64,000 nt of DNA, from NCBI RefSeq assembly GCF_011386835.1, contig NC_088794.1, positions 8,060,001 through 8,124,000 on the forward strand, given 5' to 3'. Under the pieces are notes generated by a model. That model saw nothing but the letters and a program-made list of their open reading frames with translations, was not told the DNA's origin and ran no database searches. Every line of letters begins with the position of its first letter. Positions within the stretch are counted from its first letter, which is position 1. This DNA is from Chrysemys picta bellii. Lineage: Eukaryota. Both the position numbers and the translations under genes were made by a program. Below are positions 13,711 through 43,691 of this stretch, one piece after another.

Positions 13711-13975
13711 ATAACAGGCTTTTAAAAAGAATTGGATAAGCTCATGGAGGACAGGTCCACCAATGGCTATTAGCCAAGATGGTCAGAGATGGAACCTCCT
13801 GCTCAAGGTTATCCTAAACCTCTGACTAGCAGAAGCCAGGAGTGGAAGACGGGGTGGATCTCTCCATATTTGCCCTGTACTGTGCACACTCTTAAGCTCC
13901 GGCATGGGCTACCGTCAGAGACAGGATTCTGAGCAAGATGGACCATGGTCTGTGACAGCTCTTATGTTTTTTATG
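13711..13975 (+). mobile_element. CR1 LINE 3' UTR fragment (CTTATGTT-tailed subfamily)
   Basis: GAATTGGATAAGCTCATGGAGGACAGGTCCACCAATGGCTATTAGCCAAGATGG...CTCTTATGTTTTTTATG. Confidence 0.8.
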
Positions 13976-14860
13976 ATGTGAACTGTAAAACCAAAGATAC
14001 TTGTGTTAAATTTGTGCATGGAGAGTGTTTTAAATATTACCCCGTTGGGATGCAGGCTGCAGTGCCTCTGTTTAACACAGAATCGCTCCGCTCAAAGACC
14101 AGAGCGCGTGGACAAAGGGCCAGAGGCAGACGACCCAGCTAGAGTGCTGGAGCAAAGAATCAGAACGGCACGTGGAATGTTGAACGGCTTTGTTCGGCTG
14201 TATTTTGCTAAAGTCATACCAGATATCCGTATAGCTTCCTACAAGCTCTTAAACATCATTCGTGGCAACTCAATTCCACAGGCGCACACGTCGTCGTAAT
14301 TGTATCCCTCCAAACTTTAACCATCAGTGACTACACGTTTAAAACTTACTCTACGCAGGCCTTTGAATTGTGTTAGCGCACCCCCTGCATAGAGCAGCAT
14401 TTGGCATCCCATAATGGCCACATTTACTGCCATCTAACAGTACCACAAACGTTCTCACACACATAGATGTGGTACTATGTATATGGGCAAAATGGAGCAC
14501 AAGCAGATCTTATTGTTCTTGTATGGCACAGCCAGGTAGCTTGACACCGCCCCCTGCCCTTATAGGGCACTGCTGGGAATATGACACTTGGAGGTGCCAT
14601 ATAAGGGCATGGGGAAGTGACACACCCCCAGCTGTGCCATATGAGGGCATGGGGTTGTAGCACGCCAGCCCCGGGGCATGCCACAGGAATGAGTGAAGAC
14701 CGGTTTTCCGGCTGGCTCGGGCAGTCCCAGGGTGGATCGTCCCCAGCACTGGGCCCCAAGTGCTTCCTGATTCAGCCCCTCCTGGAGAGGAAACGGTGGC
14801 TCGTGACACATTTGTTCAGCCTTGGGGCTGCTGGACAGACACATGCTGAGAGGCAGAGGG

Positions 14861-14880
14861 ACACACACACACACACACAC
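14861..14880. repeat. (AC)10 microsatellite
   Basis: Perfect AC dinucleotide run. Confidence 0.95.
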
Positions 14881-16276
14881 AGAGTCACCTGTCCTGCTGC
14901 TGCTGCCTGGGGGGCAGGGGCAGGGCTGCCAGGCATGGAGAGAGCAAAACTCCCAAGCTAACTGAAGGAGGCAGCCATAGCTGATCAGACGGCTCCCCTG
15001 CCCCAGAAACTAGCTCCTAGCCCACCCACCGGCCCTCCCCCGTCATACGCCCCAGAGGCAGGAGGATATCAAGGCTCAAGCCACTAGCCCAGCCTGACTA
15101 TCCACCCAGGGACCTGGCAGGGACTCGGCCAGAGGGGCAAGGTTGGTGGGGGCGTTTGACGAGGCAGCCGGCCAGCTTTGAGTCAGAGTCAATGAGCTCA
15201 TGCTGAGAGGCTGGGCCCAGCCCTAAAGAGGCACTGCCAGACCTGGACCGGGAACTCACTGGTGTGCGGACAAACAGGCAGAGGGAGACGGGTGCAGCTG
15301 GGATCCCAGGCCAGGACCCTGCCACCAGGTGAGACAATTCTCCCATGGGGGGGGAGGGGCTCCTCCTCCCCCCCCCTTCCTTCTCTGCACAGCCCCCTCC
15401 CCAAGAGTCTGTCTCCCCAGCAGAGATGGAGATGACTCCCCATCAGGGCCCATCCAGCCTGTTCCCCCCATCCCTAGTCTACTCCCTGCCCTTCCCTAGG
15501 GCAGACCAGACTCACAGCTGCCCTGGTGCTATGGGATAGTTACTCCCCTTAGCACCCTGCTCTTGGCTAGAGGCACCCCCCCTCCCTCCCGGGTTGTGGC
15601 TGATGATTTTCCAGCCAGGGCTGTTAGGTGTGGCCTGAGAGTCGCTGTCAGGACCCAGCAGGCTTTGGAGAGACGGGCAACGTGATTGCGAAGCCCAGGG
15701 GCTGGTGTTTGCTCTGCGCTGGGAGCCGCCTTTAAAACGCCTTTGAAAAGAGCTGACAGAAAGAGCGAAGGAACGATTCTGAACCAGAGACTGGGGGGGA
15801 CTGGCTGGCTCAGCTGGGGGGTGGGATGAGGGGGGGTCTTTCCCCTCTCGGGGGCACTGGGGGATGGGGCATTTGCTGGCTGAGGCCGCGGCTGTCCCTG
15901 GAAGCTCAGGAATGTGCTATGCGCTGGCATTGGGTGCCACCCTCCCGTCCCTGGGCAGCCTGGGAATCCCCCGTAGGCAGTGACTCAGGGCGAAGGAATC
16001 CCAGGCACAGACACAGCCCAGAAGGGGAAGCCCGCGAAGAATGAGGGGACCCGGCTCAGAGGGGACCCAGCCTTAAGGGAGCTGGTGCCGCGGGTGGGGG
16101 GGCTTCTCCCTAATAACAACACCCTATCCCTGACCCCGGCACCTCGATTTCCCTCCCCGAGGGGGAGCATGGCTATGCCTGGAACGGGGCAGGGCAGGGC
16201 TGTGGCATGTGACTATCGGTGTTTCTGTCCCGTAGGTGTCCCCACGGCCCCTTGCCGGGGGAGCCCTCGGTGCCCC

Positions 16277-17313
16277 ATGGGGGAGGAGATGGCACTCGGC
16301 GTGGGGAACGGCTGCGCTGGGAAACCCGCAGGGGATGAGGCAGAGACTGTGGTGATGATCCAGAAGGGGCCCTCGCGGCCTGAGCCGTCTTCCTGGACCC
16401 CACGTCCCCGTGCCCTCCGCAACCTGGCCATAGGCAGCATTGTCTGCGGCTGCTCCTGCCTGGGGGTGCTGGCCCTAATCTATGCTGTCAAGGTGAGGGG
16501 GGCTGGGATACAGCCGGGCGGATGGGGACATGTCTCAGTGGTGGAGGGTTCTGGGGGCTGGGGCCATGTCTTGGTGCTGGATGTTCCCAAGAGCTGGGAT
16601 ATAGCGGGGGGCAGGGGGCCATGTCTCGGGGCTAGGGACTACCGGGGACTGGGATGTAGCGGGGGGGCAGGGGGTCGTGTCTCTGTGCTGGGGGTTCTGG
16701 GGACTGGGATATAGCGGGGGGCAGGGGGTCGTGTCTCAGTGCTGGGGGCTACTGGAGACTGGGATATAGCGGGGGGCAGGGGGTCATGTCTCGGGGCTGG
16801 GGGCTACCGGGGACTGGGATATAGCGGAGGGAAGGGGGTCGTGTCTCAGTGCTGGGGGCTACCGGAGACTGGGATGTAGCGGAGGGAAGGGGGTCGTGTC
16901 TCAGTGCTGGGGGCTACCGGAGACTGGGATGTAGCGGGGGGCAGGGGGTCATGTCTCGGGGCTGGGGGCTACCGGGGACTGGGATATAGCGGAGGGAAGG
17001 GGGTCGTGTCTCAGTGCTGGGGGTTACCGGAGACTGGGATGTAGTGGGGGGCAGGGGGCCGTGTTTCGGTGCAGGGGGCTACCAGGGGCTGGGATATAGC
17101 AGTGAGGGAGGATGACAGGGCCGTGCTTCTGGTGATTCTCCCTTTTCTCTCCAGGCCAACGAGAAGCGGAAGACAAACTCTCCTGATGCGGCTCTCTGGG
17201 CCCGGAAGTCCTTCCGGTTCTCCCTTCTCAGCATCGGGGTCTGGGTGTCTCTGCTCATCCTGGTGCCGCTGCTCATGGGACTCATCTCTTATCTGATTGC
17301 CAGGGCTGAGTGA
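16277..17313 (+). CDS. TMEM265: Transmembrane protein 265 (CD225/dispanin family), 124 aa; CDS exons 16277-16492 and 17155-17313
   Basis: LRNLAIGSIVCGCSCLGVLALIYAVK|ANEKRK...WARKSFRFSLLSIGVWVSLLILVPLLMGLISYLIARAE*. Phase-0 GT-AG intron; upstream acceptor at 16235/16236; possible non-coding exon ending at 15328 (CAG|GTGAGA). Lies directly upstream of PHKG2, as in mammals. Confidence 0.92.
16545..17100. repeat. 55-bp G-rich minisatellite, ~10 copies, filling most of the TMEM265 intron
   Basis: GGGAT(A/G)TAG anchor at 16596, 16651, 16706, 16761, 16816, 16871, 16926, 16981, 17036 and 17091 (exact 55-bp period). Confidence 0.95.
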
Positions 17314-17559
17314 TCTCCTGCCACATCCTCATTGGCTCTGAGGGATCAGGGGGATTCCCAGGTCTGATTTCTCTCTCTTGGGACTGCAGGATGGGAGTTG
17401 TCCTGGCTGCATCTCACCACAACTGGCCTGGAATCTCCCCAGCCCTGCCAGTTCTGGAGAAGCTCTGGCTTCTCCGTGGCTTGGGACTGAGACTTCAGAG
17501 AGACCAGGGTCGGGAGTGGGACAGGATCGTCTGTGACTGTCTAGTCCCAGCAGAGATAG

Positions 17560-18408
17560 CGATAAAGGAACCTAAAAACATCAAGGAAAAATCCAAGGCT
17601 GGTAGGGCTAAGGACCAGACTGATTCCGTTCCTAGACGGAGATGGTAAAGCTGTTAATAAGGATGTACAAAAGGTGCTTTGTATTTGGAAAGAAACAGGA
17701 TGATGAACTCCTATCATATGAGGATGATGAAGTACTTTCCAGCCCATTAATGACCGAGGAGGATGTTAAACAACATCTACTAAACACCTTCCAATCACAG
17801 GCCCAGGGAACATGTCCCCAAACGTCCTAACGAAGTTGGCCGAGGAGCTCACAGGCCTGAAAATGTTAATTTTTAATAGATGTTGGAATGAAATTCCAGA
17901 AGACTGGTAGAATGCTAATACTGTGCCAGGCAAGCAGGGTGACCAGGGGAATTATAGGCTGGTTAGCATGACTTCGATCCTGGGCGACATAAGGGAAACG
18001 CTGATAAGGGATTCTGTCAACAAAGACTGAAAAGATGTAGTTAAAATCAGACCGCACTGTTTTATGGAAAATACATTTTTGTCAGACAAAGCTGATTTAA
18101 TTCTTTAACAAGGTTACAAATTTGGTTGACAAAGGCAGTTGGGTAGCGGTAATATATTTAGGGGTTTTGTAAGGCAGTTGACTTAGACTCACTTAACATT
18201 CTGATTAAAAATATAGCACAATTCAACAGCAACAGAGCACAAGGGAAATGGATTAAGAACTGTCTGATGGGCAGCTGTCAATGGGGAATTATCCCTGAAT
18301 GGGGGTGTTTCTAGCGGGGTTCTGCAGAGATTGGTACTTGGCCAGACACTATTTGACATTTTCATCAATGATCTGGAAGTAAATAAGTGTTGATAAATTT
18401 GCAGAGTG
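17560..18408 (+). mobile_element. Older CR1 LINE ORF2 fragment
   Basis: Decayed CR1 pre-RT and RT sequence (...CCAGAAGACTGGTAGAATGCTAATACTG...GACATTTTCATCAATGATCTGGAAG..GATAAATTTGCAG). Confidence 0.8.
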
Positions 18409-18409
18409 T

Positions 18410-19120
18410 CCAGCCTCTGTTCCGCTGGACACACAGAATTCACAGACCTGCTGTTCGTAAAGAAATGCTACACCTCAGCTTACCACAAGATCACTGCTCT
18501 GCTTAACACCCAGCACTTCTCTTTGATTATGGCGAAAAGAAGTACAGTGAAAGCAAACAACAGCGATTCATATAGTAGCAAGTAGGTAAAAGTATTAGAA
18601 ACAAGGGGTTACATTTAAAACAAAATCATAATAAGCCTTCTAGAGTCTAGATTTAAATAACAAGACACTTTCCTGATCTAATGAAGTTTAGGTCACCCAA
18701 AGTCTTTCTCCCAGTGAGTAACAAGCAGGCCGGCTGTGATCTTAGTCATAAACAGGACAACTCTCCCTATTGTGTGGTGCTGCTTCCTGTAGATTGTGTG
18801 ATCTCTTGTTCACTTTGCAGTCTTGATTAGCTGGAGGCTCCAGATGCAGATAGATTTACATTGTAAGACACACAATACACAATGGTCAGCCAGGGAGAGA
18901 TAAGCGCCTCCGCCTTCAGTTGACCCGTCTTAACTTACACACCTTAAGACCACAATGTTCAGTACAGAAACGTAACTTCTTAAATATTATTATCATTTTG
19001 CAAAGATTAAGCTGATTAGCGGCCTACTGGCTCAGTGGAGACATCACATGCCCCTCCATTGGTGAATTATTATGCATATACCAGCCCCAGGGGATGCCTG
19101 TAAACCTCTGTGCATCACTT
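18410..19120 (-). mobile_element. Probable solo LTR; boundaries approximate
   Basis: Non-coding, with motif blocks resembling the LTR at 23647-24950 (GGGGTTACATTTAAAACAAAATC..., CACCTTTAAGACCACAATGTTCAGTACAG). No TSD resolved. Confidence 0.5.
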
Positions 19121-19196
19121 ATGTCATCCGCCAGTTGGCACTAAGGGATCTCTGGGTCAGAGTAAGCTTGGCCCATTCAAACAAAAAGGGTCCTAA

Positions 19197-19492
19197 TGTA
19201 ACGCTGACAGACCCCGGTCGTCAGTGTGCGGAATTGAACCTGGGAGCGCTGGAGCTTAGTGCATCAGCCTCTGATTTAGATGGGGATTGGTCCTGATTTG
19301 AGCAGGGGGTTGGACTAGGCGACCTCCTGAGGTCCCTTCCCACCCTGATATTCTATGATTCTCTACCGCATGAGCTAAAAGCCAACTGGCTGTTAGCTAA
19401 GGCTGGAGAGGAGACTAATTTTCTCTCTCTCTCTAAGTGGTCTCGGCGCTACTAGATGGGACAGAACACCACACCCAGGTGTGTGGGTTACA
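19197..19492 (-). mobile_element. Short solo LTR containing a tRNA-like Pol III promoter (Helenus/TRIMp3-like), interrupted by a CR1 tail
   Basis: Termini TGTAAC...GTTACA; 4-bp TSD CTAA (19193-19196, 19493-19496). With the CR1 removed, the minus strand reads TAGCTCATGCGGTAGAG (A box/D-arm) ...GGTTCAATTCC (B box). Confidence 0.8.
19273..19362 (+). mobile_element. Short CR1 3' tail inserted in the tRNA-like LTR
   Basis: GATTTAGATGGGGATTGGTCC...TATTCTATGATTCT; CTCT repeated at 19269-19272 and 19361-19364. Confidence 0.92.
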
Positions 19493-20169
19493 CTAACACA
19501 ACCAAATGCAGAGCTATACCGCTGGGACTGAGAAACGCAGGCCAGAGCACGCGAATGGGGACTGTAGCCAGGGCAGCAGTGACGCTGAAAAGGATCTAGG
19601 GGTCAGAGCGGACAAACGAACGCCCAGCGCGGTGCGGGGGCAAGCAGGGGCTGATGTGAGCCGTGGATGGGGAGAAGGGGAGGAGCAGGAAGGTGAATCG
19701 GGCACACTGGGGAGAGCGATACGGGCCCCTCCCCCCCGTTCACGTCCAGCCCAGATGCTTTATCCAAGTGTCAGGGGCTGGGCTCAGTGCAGGGGGGCTG
19801 GGGTGACATTCGCTGCCCTGGGCTCTACGGGGCCTCGGGGGCAGGATGGGCCCAGGGCAGCCCCCCACCGCAGCGCCCCCGACCCAGCCGCCCGAGGGCC
19901 GTGTCACAAGGGTCACCAGGGGCTGGGCCGTCACGTGACCTGGGGGCACTGCGGGGTCAGCTGGGGTCAGCGTTTGCCATGTGACAGCCCAGGGCACTGG
20001 TCAGGTCACCTGACCAGACTGCGGGGGGGGGGGGGGGGAACCCTTTGCATGAGGGCCCCCTAACCCTGCCTCTGGGGTCAGAGGTCACCTGGCTGACCCT
20101 TTGCTGACCCAGGAAGCTGCCCCCCTAAGACCTCCCCCGTCTTCCCCGCTGGCTGGCCCTCTCTTGGCT

Positions 20170-20567
20170 ATTGATTGGTTAGCTATACGGAACTACCCGC
20201 CCCCATCCTCAGCTGACTGGCTGCGTGGTTTGTCAATCGTGCTGCTCCACATTCCCGTTGATGATTGGTCAATTGAGCGCTCACTCAGAATCAAACCCCT
20301 CCTTCGACTCTTCATTGGTCCGGTTGACCGCCATTCACCACCCCGCAGCTCGATTGGCCTATCAGGCTGCAGCTTAATTCTTAGCTCCGCCTCTTATTGG
20401 CTCCCCGGCTCATGACCCCCGGCTCGCGACTCGCTCTTCCTGCCTCCTGATTGGCCGTCTTCCCTCTCCTCCCATGTGGAGTGGGAAGGGGGGCGGGGAT
20501 AGTGCGGGCCAATCGGGGCAGGCGTCGGGGGCGGGGCTGGGAATCCGGTTCGAAACCGAGGTGCCGG
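20170..20567 (+). promoter_or_regulatory. PHKG2: PHKG2 CpG-island promoter and non-coding exon 1
   Basis: ATTGG at 20174, 20264, 20314, 20353, 20396 and 20450, CCAAT at 20509, GC box near 20529; donor CGG|GTGAGT at 20567/20568. Confidence 0.75.
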
Positions 20568-20629
20568 GTGAGTGTTGGTGGGGAGCCGGGAGCGCGAGTC
20601 CCGGGGGGCGGGCACGTGAGGGGCTGGAG

Positions 20630-21140
20630 GCACACATGGGGGGAGGGGGGAAGCTGGAGGAGGGGACACACGTGGGGGGAGGGGGACGCCCTGTGGGGGG
20701 GGGGCAAGCTGGAGGAAGGGGGCACAGGTGGGGGAGAGGGGGACACCCTGTGGGGGGGGGTGAAGCTGGAAGAGGGGGCACACATGAGGGGGGAGGGGGA
20801 TGCCCCGTGGGGGGGGAAGCTGGAGGAGGGGGCACACATGAGGGGGGAGGGGATGCCCTGTGGGGGGGGGGAAGCTGGAGGAGGGGGCACACATGGGGGG
20901 GAGGGGGGATGCCCTGTGGGGGGGGGGGGGAAGCTGGAGGAGGGGGGCACACATGGGGGGGAGGGGGATGCCCTGTGTGGGGGGGGAAGCTGGGGGAGGG
21001 GGCACACATGGGGGGGAGGGGGATGCCCTGTGGGGGGGGGAAGCTGGAGGAGGGGGCACACATGGGGGGGAGGGGGATGCCCTGTGTGGGGGGGAAGCTG
21101 GGGGGAGGGGGGCACACATGGGGGGGGAGGGGGACACCCT
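20630..21140. repeat. ~54-59-bp G-run minisatellite, ~9 copies, PHKG2 intron 1
   Basis: AAGCTGG anchor at about 20651, 20706, 20763, 20817, 20872, 20931, 20987, 21041 and 21095; multiple G5-G12 tracts per unit. Confidence 0.95.
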
Positions 21141-22009
21141 GTTCAGGATCAGGGCACCCTGTGGCAGGGCGCTGGCTCTGACCCCGGTCAGAGGGCTATG
21201 GCAGGTGGGATCCCCCAGCTTGGCTGGCTGCACCCCGCACATTCCCCCCCTTGTTCACTCAGCATCACCGCCCCAACTGGTCTTGTCAGCTGGGCCCCTT
21301 GGTGAGGGGAGATCCCCGCTGCCACCCAGCCTGCCCTCGCTGCCCAAGCCACCTTGGCCTGGCTTAGCTCCCTCTCCCTTCTCCTTCTGTCCATCCCACC
21401 CGGAGCTCCCCTGCCCTCCAGCTCCTGTCTAGACCCTTCCAAGATGGTGCCCCCCCAAAGTGACTCTTGCTGAGGTCTGATCACCCCAAGCCTGGGGGCT
21501 GGGAATGGGGTACAGTGAAAGGGGGGGCTCTCTGGCTTGGGGAAAGGGTGTTGAGAGGGGGGCAGATGGCTGGGGAGGGGAGGCACATGAGTGGGGAAGA
21601 GGGGTTCTGTGGGAGGAGGCTAAGATGGAGGGGCACATGGGTGGGGAGGGGGGACTCTGTGGGAGGGGTCACAGGGGTGGGGCTGGCTGAGGAGGGATGC
21701 GAGGAGGTGGGTGGTCTCTCTCGTTCAGAGGGGAGAGGGAAAGGGGGTGGGCGAGCTGGAATAGGGAGTGCTGGGGAAGAGAAGTGGGGAACTGGGGGAG
21801 GTGAAGTGGGTTGGCTGGGGGGAGGGAATGGGGTCAGCTGGTTGCGCTGGGGGTCTCCCATGCTGGAGGGGAAGGTGGTGTGTGTGTGTGTGTGGGGGGG
21901 GGGGTTTCTATGGGACAGATCACTGCTCCCTCCCCACTTGCTGTCTGACTCGTCTTTCCCCCAGCAGGTGCAGGGGTCCTGGAGCCCAGCTCCGGGCGAG
22001 CCGGCCAGC

Positions 22010-34395
<12,386 letters not shown>

Positions 34396-34865
34396 GAGGC
34401 AGGGATCAGGCTGGGCTGCGGGAGATCCCGGGGTGGCCCCCCATAGCCTGGGAACCGCAAGTAGGGGATGGTTGCACTGAACGTCAAGCCAGGGGAACAC
34501 CCTCCCCCCCCAGGGAGTGCAGGGGGGGCCCTAGTGCAGGTTTGTCCAGGATTTCTGGGATAGGAAGGGGCAGTCCTGCCTGGGTGAGGTTTAGGGACCC
34601 CGTGTGTGTCTGGGGGAGGGGAGTGGCTGGCATGCTGTGTGCATATGTCTAGGATGCGGGGGCAGCTCGCACCCCCTGCCCTTGGCTTCTTTTTACTGGC
34701 TCAGTATTGCATCCTGGGAGAGATGGGGCCAAATCCTCCCCTCCGCCCAGATGGCAGAGTTGGGGAGATGGGGCCAAATGCTCCCCGCTGGGCTCAGCCA
34801 GGCCCCGTTGATGTAGCTTGGTTAATTTTTATGTTTTTCCTGTAGTCTGAATTCCTGTGAATTAG

Positions 34866-34871
34866 AATAAA
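34866..34871 (+). terminator. PHKG2: PHKG2 polyadenylation signal
   Basis: AATAAA about 470 nt after the stop codon. Confidence 0.75.
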
Positions 34872-35075
34872 AATCTATTGTGACCCCTACGGCGCCTGGG
34901 GCTCCTTCCTTCGTCTGCGCTCCCAGCACGGGCCCCAGCTCTGGGAGCGCAGGGCCTGGGAGCTGTCTTCCCTGGGGCAAGGGCAGGAGGGGGGACCTTG
35001 AGACTGGGGTTCCCCCGCAGCAGGGAGCAGTTTCCCAGGGCAGTAAGACATGGCACCACCATAGAAGCGGAGTCC

Positions 35076-35081
35076 TTTATT
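35076..35081 (-). terminator. CFAP119: CFAP119 polyadenylation signal
   Basis: AATAAA on the minus strand, 16 nt after the TGA at 35098-35100. Confidence 0.75.
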
Positions 35082-35097
35082 GCCCTCTCCTCTTCCC

Positions 35098-42184
<7,087 letters not shown>

Positions 42185-42223
42185 CGTTGCGGCGGCGCCG
42201 GCTCCTCCTAACGCTCGGGCCAC

Positions 42224-42237
42224 GTCGCCACGGCAAC
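42224..42237. promoter_or_regulatory. RFX X-box (CFAP119 5' UTR/TSS)
   Basis: GTCGCCACGGCAAC fits GTNRCC-N2-RGYAAC, about 40 nt upstream of the ATG. Confidence 0.75.
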
Positions 42238-42239
42238 CC

Positions 42240-42728
42240 CCGCTCCGCCAATCAGAGAGGGTATCGAGGCCGGAACCAATCAGGGAAAGATTCACTATAC
42301 GGGTGAGAGCTCATCAGCCAATCGCCGAGGTTGTCTTTGTCCAGCCAATCACACGGTGTATATCCCCTGGGCTTCAGCCAATCAAAAACAGTCTTTTCGG
42401 CTCAGCGGCCTTAGGCCAATCAGCGCTTGTCTCTCTTTGAGGGCTGGCTTCCATGATCCAATCACAGAACGCCTCTTTCACCTCTCAGCCAATCCCCAGC
42501 CGGTCTCTAACATCAGCCAATCTTCGGCCGGGCCACTGGTCGACTAACCCCGCCCCTCCCTCTCTCTCATCCAATGGGAGAAGAAGGGAAAAAAAACCCT
42601 CGTCCCGCGCATGTGCATCGCGAGGTAGCGGGCGGGTGTTGGGAGTGTCAGGTCAGCGCGTGCGCAGTGGAGTGGCTGGGGGGTGGGCCTGGCGAGGGCA
42701 AGCCGCTGGGAGTGGGAGCGCGAGGCAG
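42240..42728. promoter_or_regulatory. CFAP119/RNF40 bidirectional CpG-island promoter and RNF40 non-coding exon 1
   Basis: CCAAT at 42248, 42276, 42318, 42345, 42378, 42416, 42458, 42489, 42517 and 42571; NRF1-like GCGCATGTGCA near 42607; probable donor CAG|GTGAGA at 42728/42729. Confidence 0.8.
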
Positions 42729-42779
42729 GTGAGAGCGGCGAGGGGGGGGCGGGTGGGAGTTGCGATGAGAAGTGGGGTG

Positions 42780-43380
42780 GCGGTGAGGGAGGGGCAGGCA
42801 GTGAAAGTGGCAAGGGAGGGAGAGGTTGGGAGGAGAGGTGGGGGAGGGGAGGGAAAGGGGGGTGACAGGTGGTTGTGGGGGCAGGCAGAGAAAGTGGCAA
42901 GGGGGGAGAGGTTGGGGGAGGGTGGCAAGGGGGGGCAGGTGGAAGTTGGGATGAGAAGTGGGGTGGTGGTGAGGGAGGGGGAGTTGGGGTGAGGTTGGGG
43001 GCAGGCAGTGAAAGTGGCAAGGGGGGAGAGGTTGGGGGAGGGTGGCAAGGGGGGGACAGGTGGGAGTTGGGATGAGAAGTGGGGTGGTGGTGAGGGAGGG
43101 GGAGTTGGGGTGAGGTTGGGGGCAGGCAGTGAAAGTGGCAAGGGGGGAGAGGTTGGGGGAGGGTGGCAAGGGGGGGGCAGGTGGAAGTTGGGAAGAGAAG
43201 TGGGGTGGCGGTGAGGGAGGGGGAGTTGGGGTGAGGTTGGGGGCAGGCAGTGAAAGTGGCAAGGGGGGGAGAGATGAGGATGGGGTTTGGGATGAGAGGT
43301 GGAGGAGGGGAAGGGGGTGACAGGTGGGGGTAGGCACTGAAAGTGGCAAGGGGGGAGAGGTGGAGATGGGGGGAGGGTGG
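42780..43380. repeat. ~121-bp G-rich tandem repeat, RNF40 intron 1
   Basis: GAAAGTGGCAA at 42890, 43010, 43131 and 43252, with diverged copies at 42803 and 43339. Confidence 0.9.
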
Positions 43381-43691
43381 CAAGGGGTTGGGTGGGTTGG
43401 GATGGCGTGGGGTGGGCTGAGAGTAGCCTATTGATAGCATTAAGGGTGTACATCAGGTTGGGGTTTAAGGGGTGCCATGGAGTTGGGGAGGTGAGGGGTT
43501 TGGGGATAGCAAAGGGAGATGGTGGGGGGGTCGGGTAAGAGTCCGGGGATGTGGGGGGCAGAGATGATAAGGGTAAGGAGGTACCTGACCCCTCTCTGTT
43601 TCCCTTCCAGGTGAGGCGCAACTCCTGGGCTGACCCCCGCCGCCCTCTCCCCATCCCCCCGCTGCTACCAGAGACCCTGGCCAGCGGCGCC

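Noticed and set aside
15980-16714. 244-aa ORF taken as the whole TMEM265 protein
   Set aside because: It reads through the splice acceptor and donor; the spliced 124-aa product matches the family.
20381-21305. 235-284-aa ORFs on both strands
   Set aside because: Translations of the stop-poor G-run minisatellite in PHKG2 intron 1.
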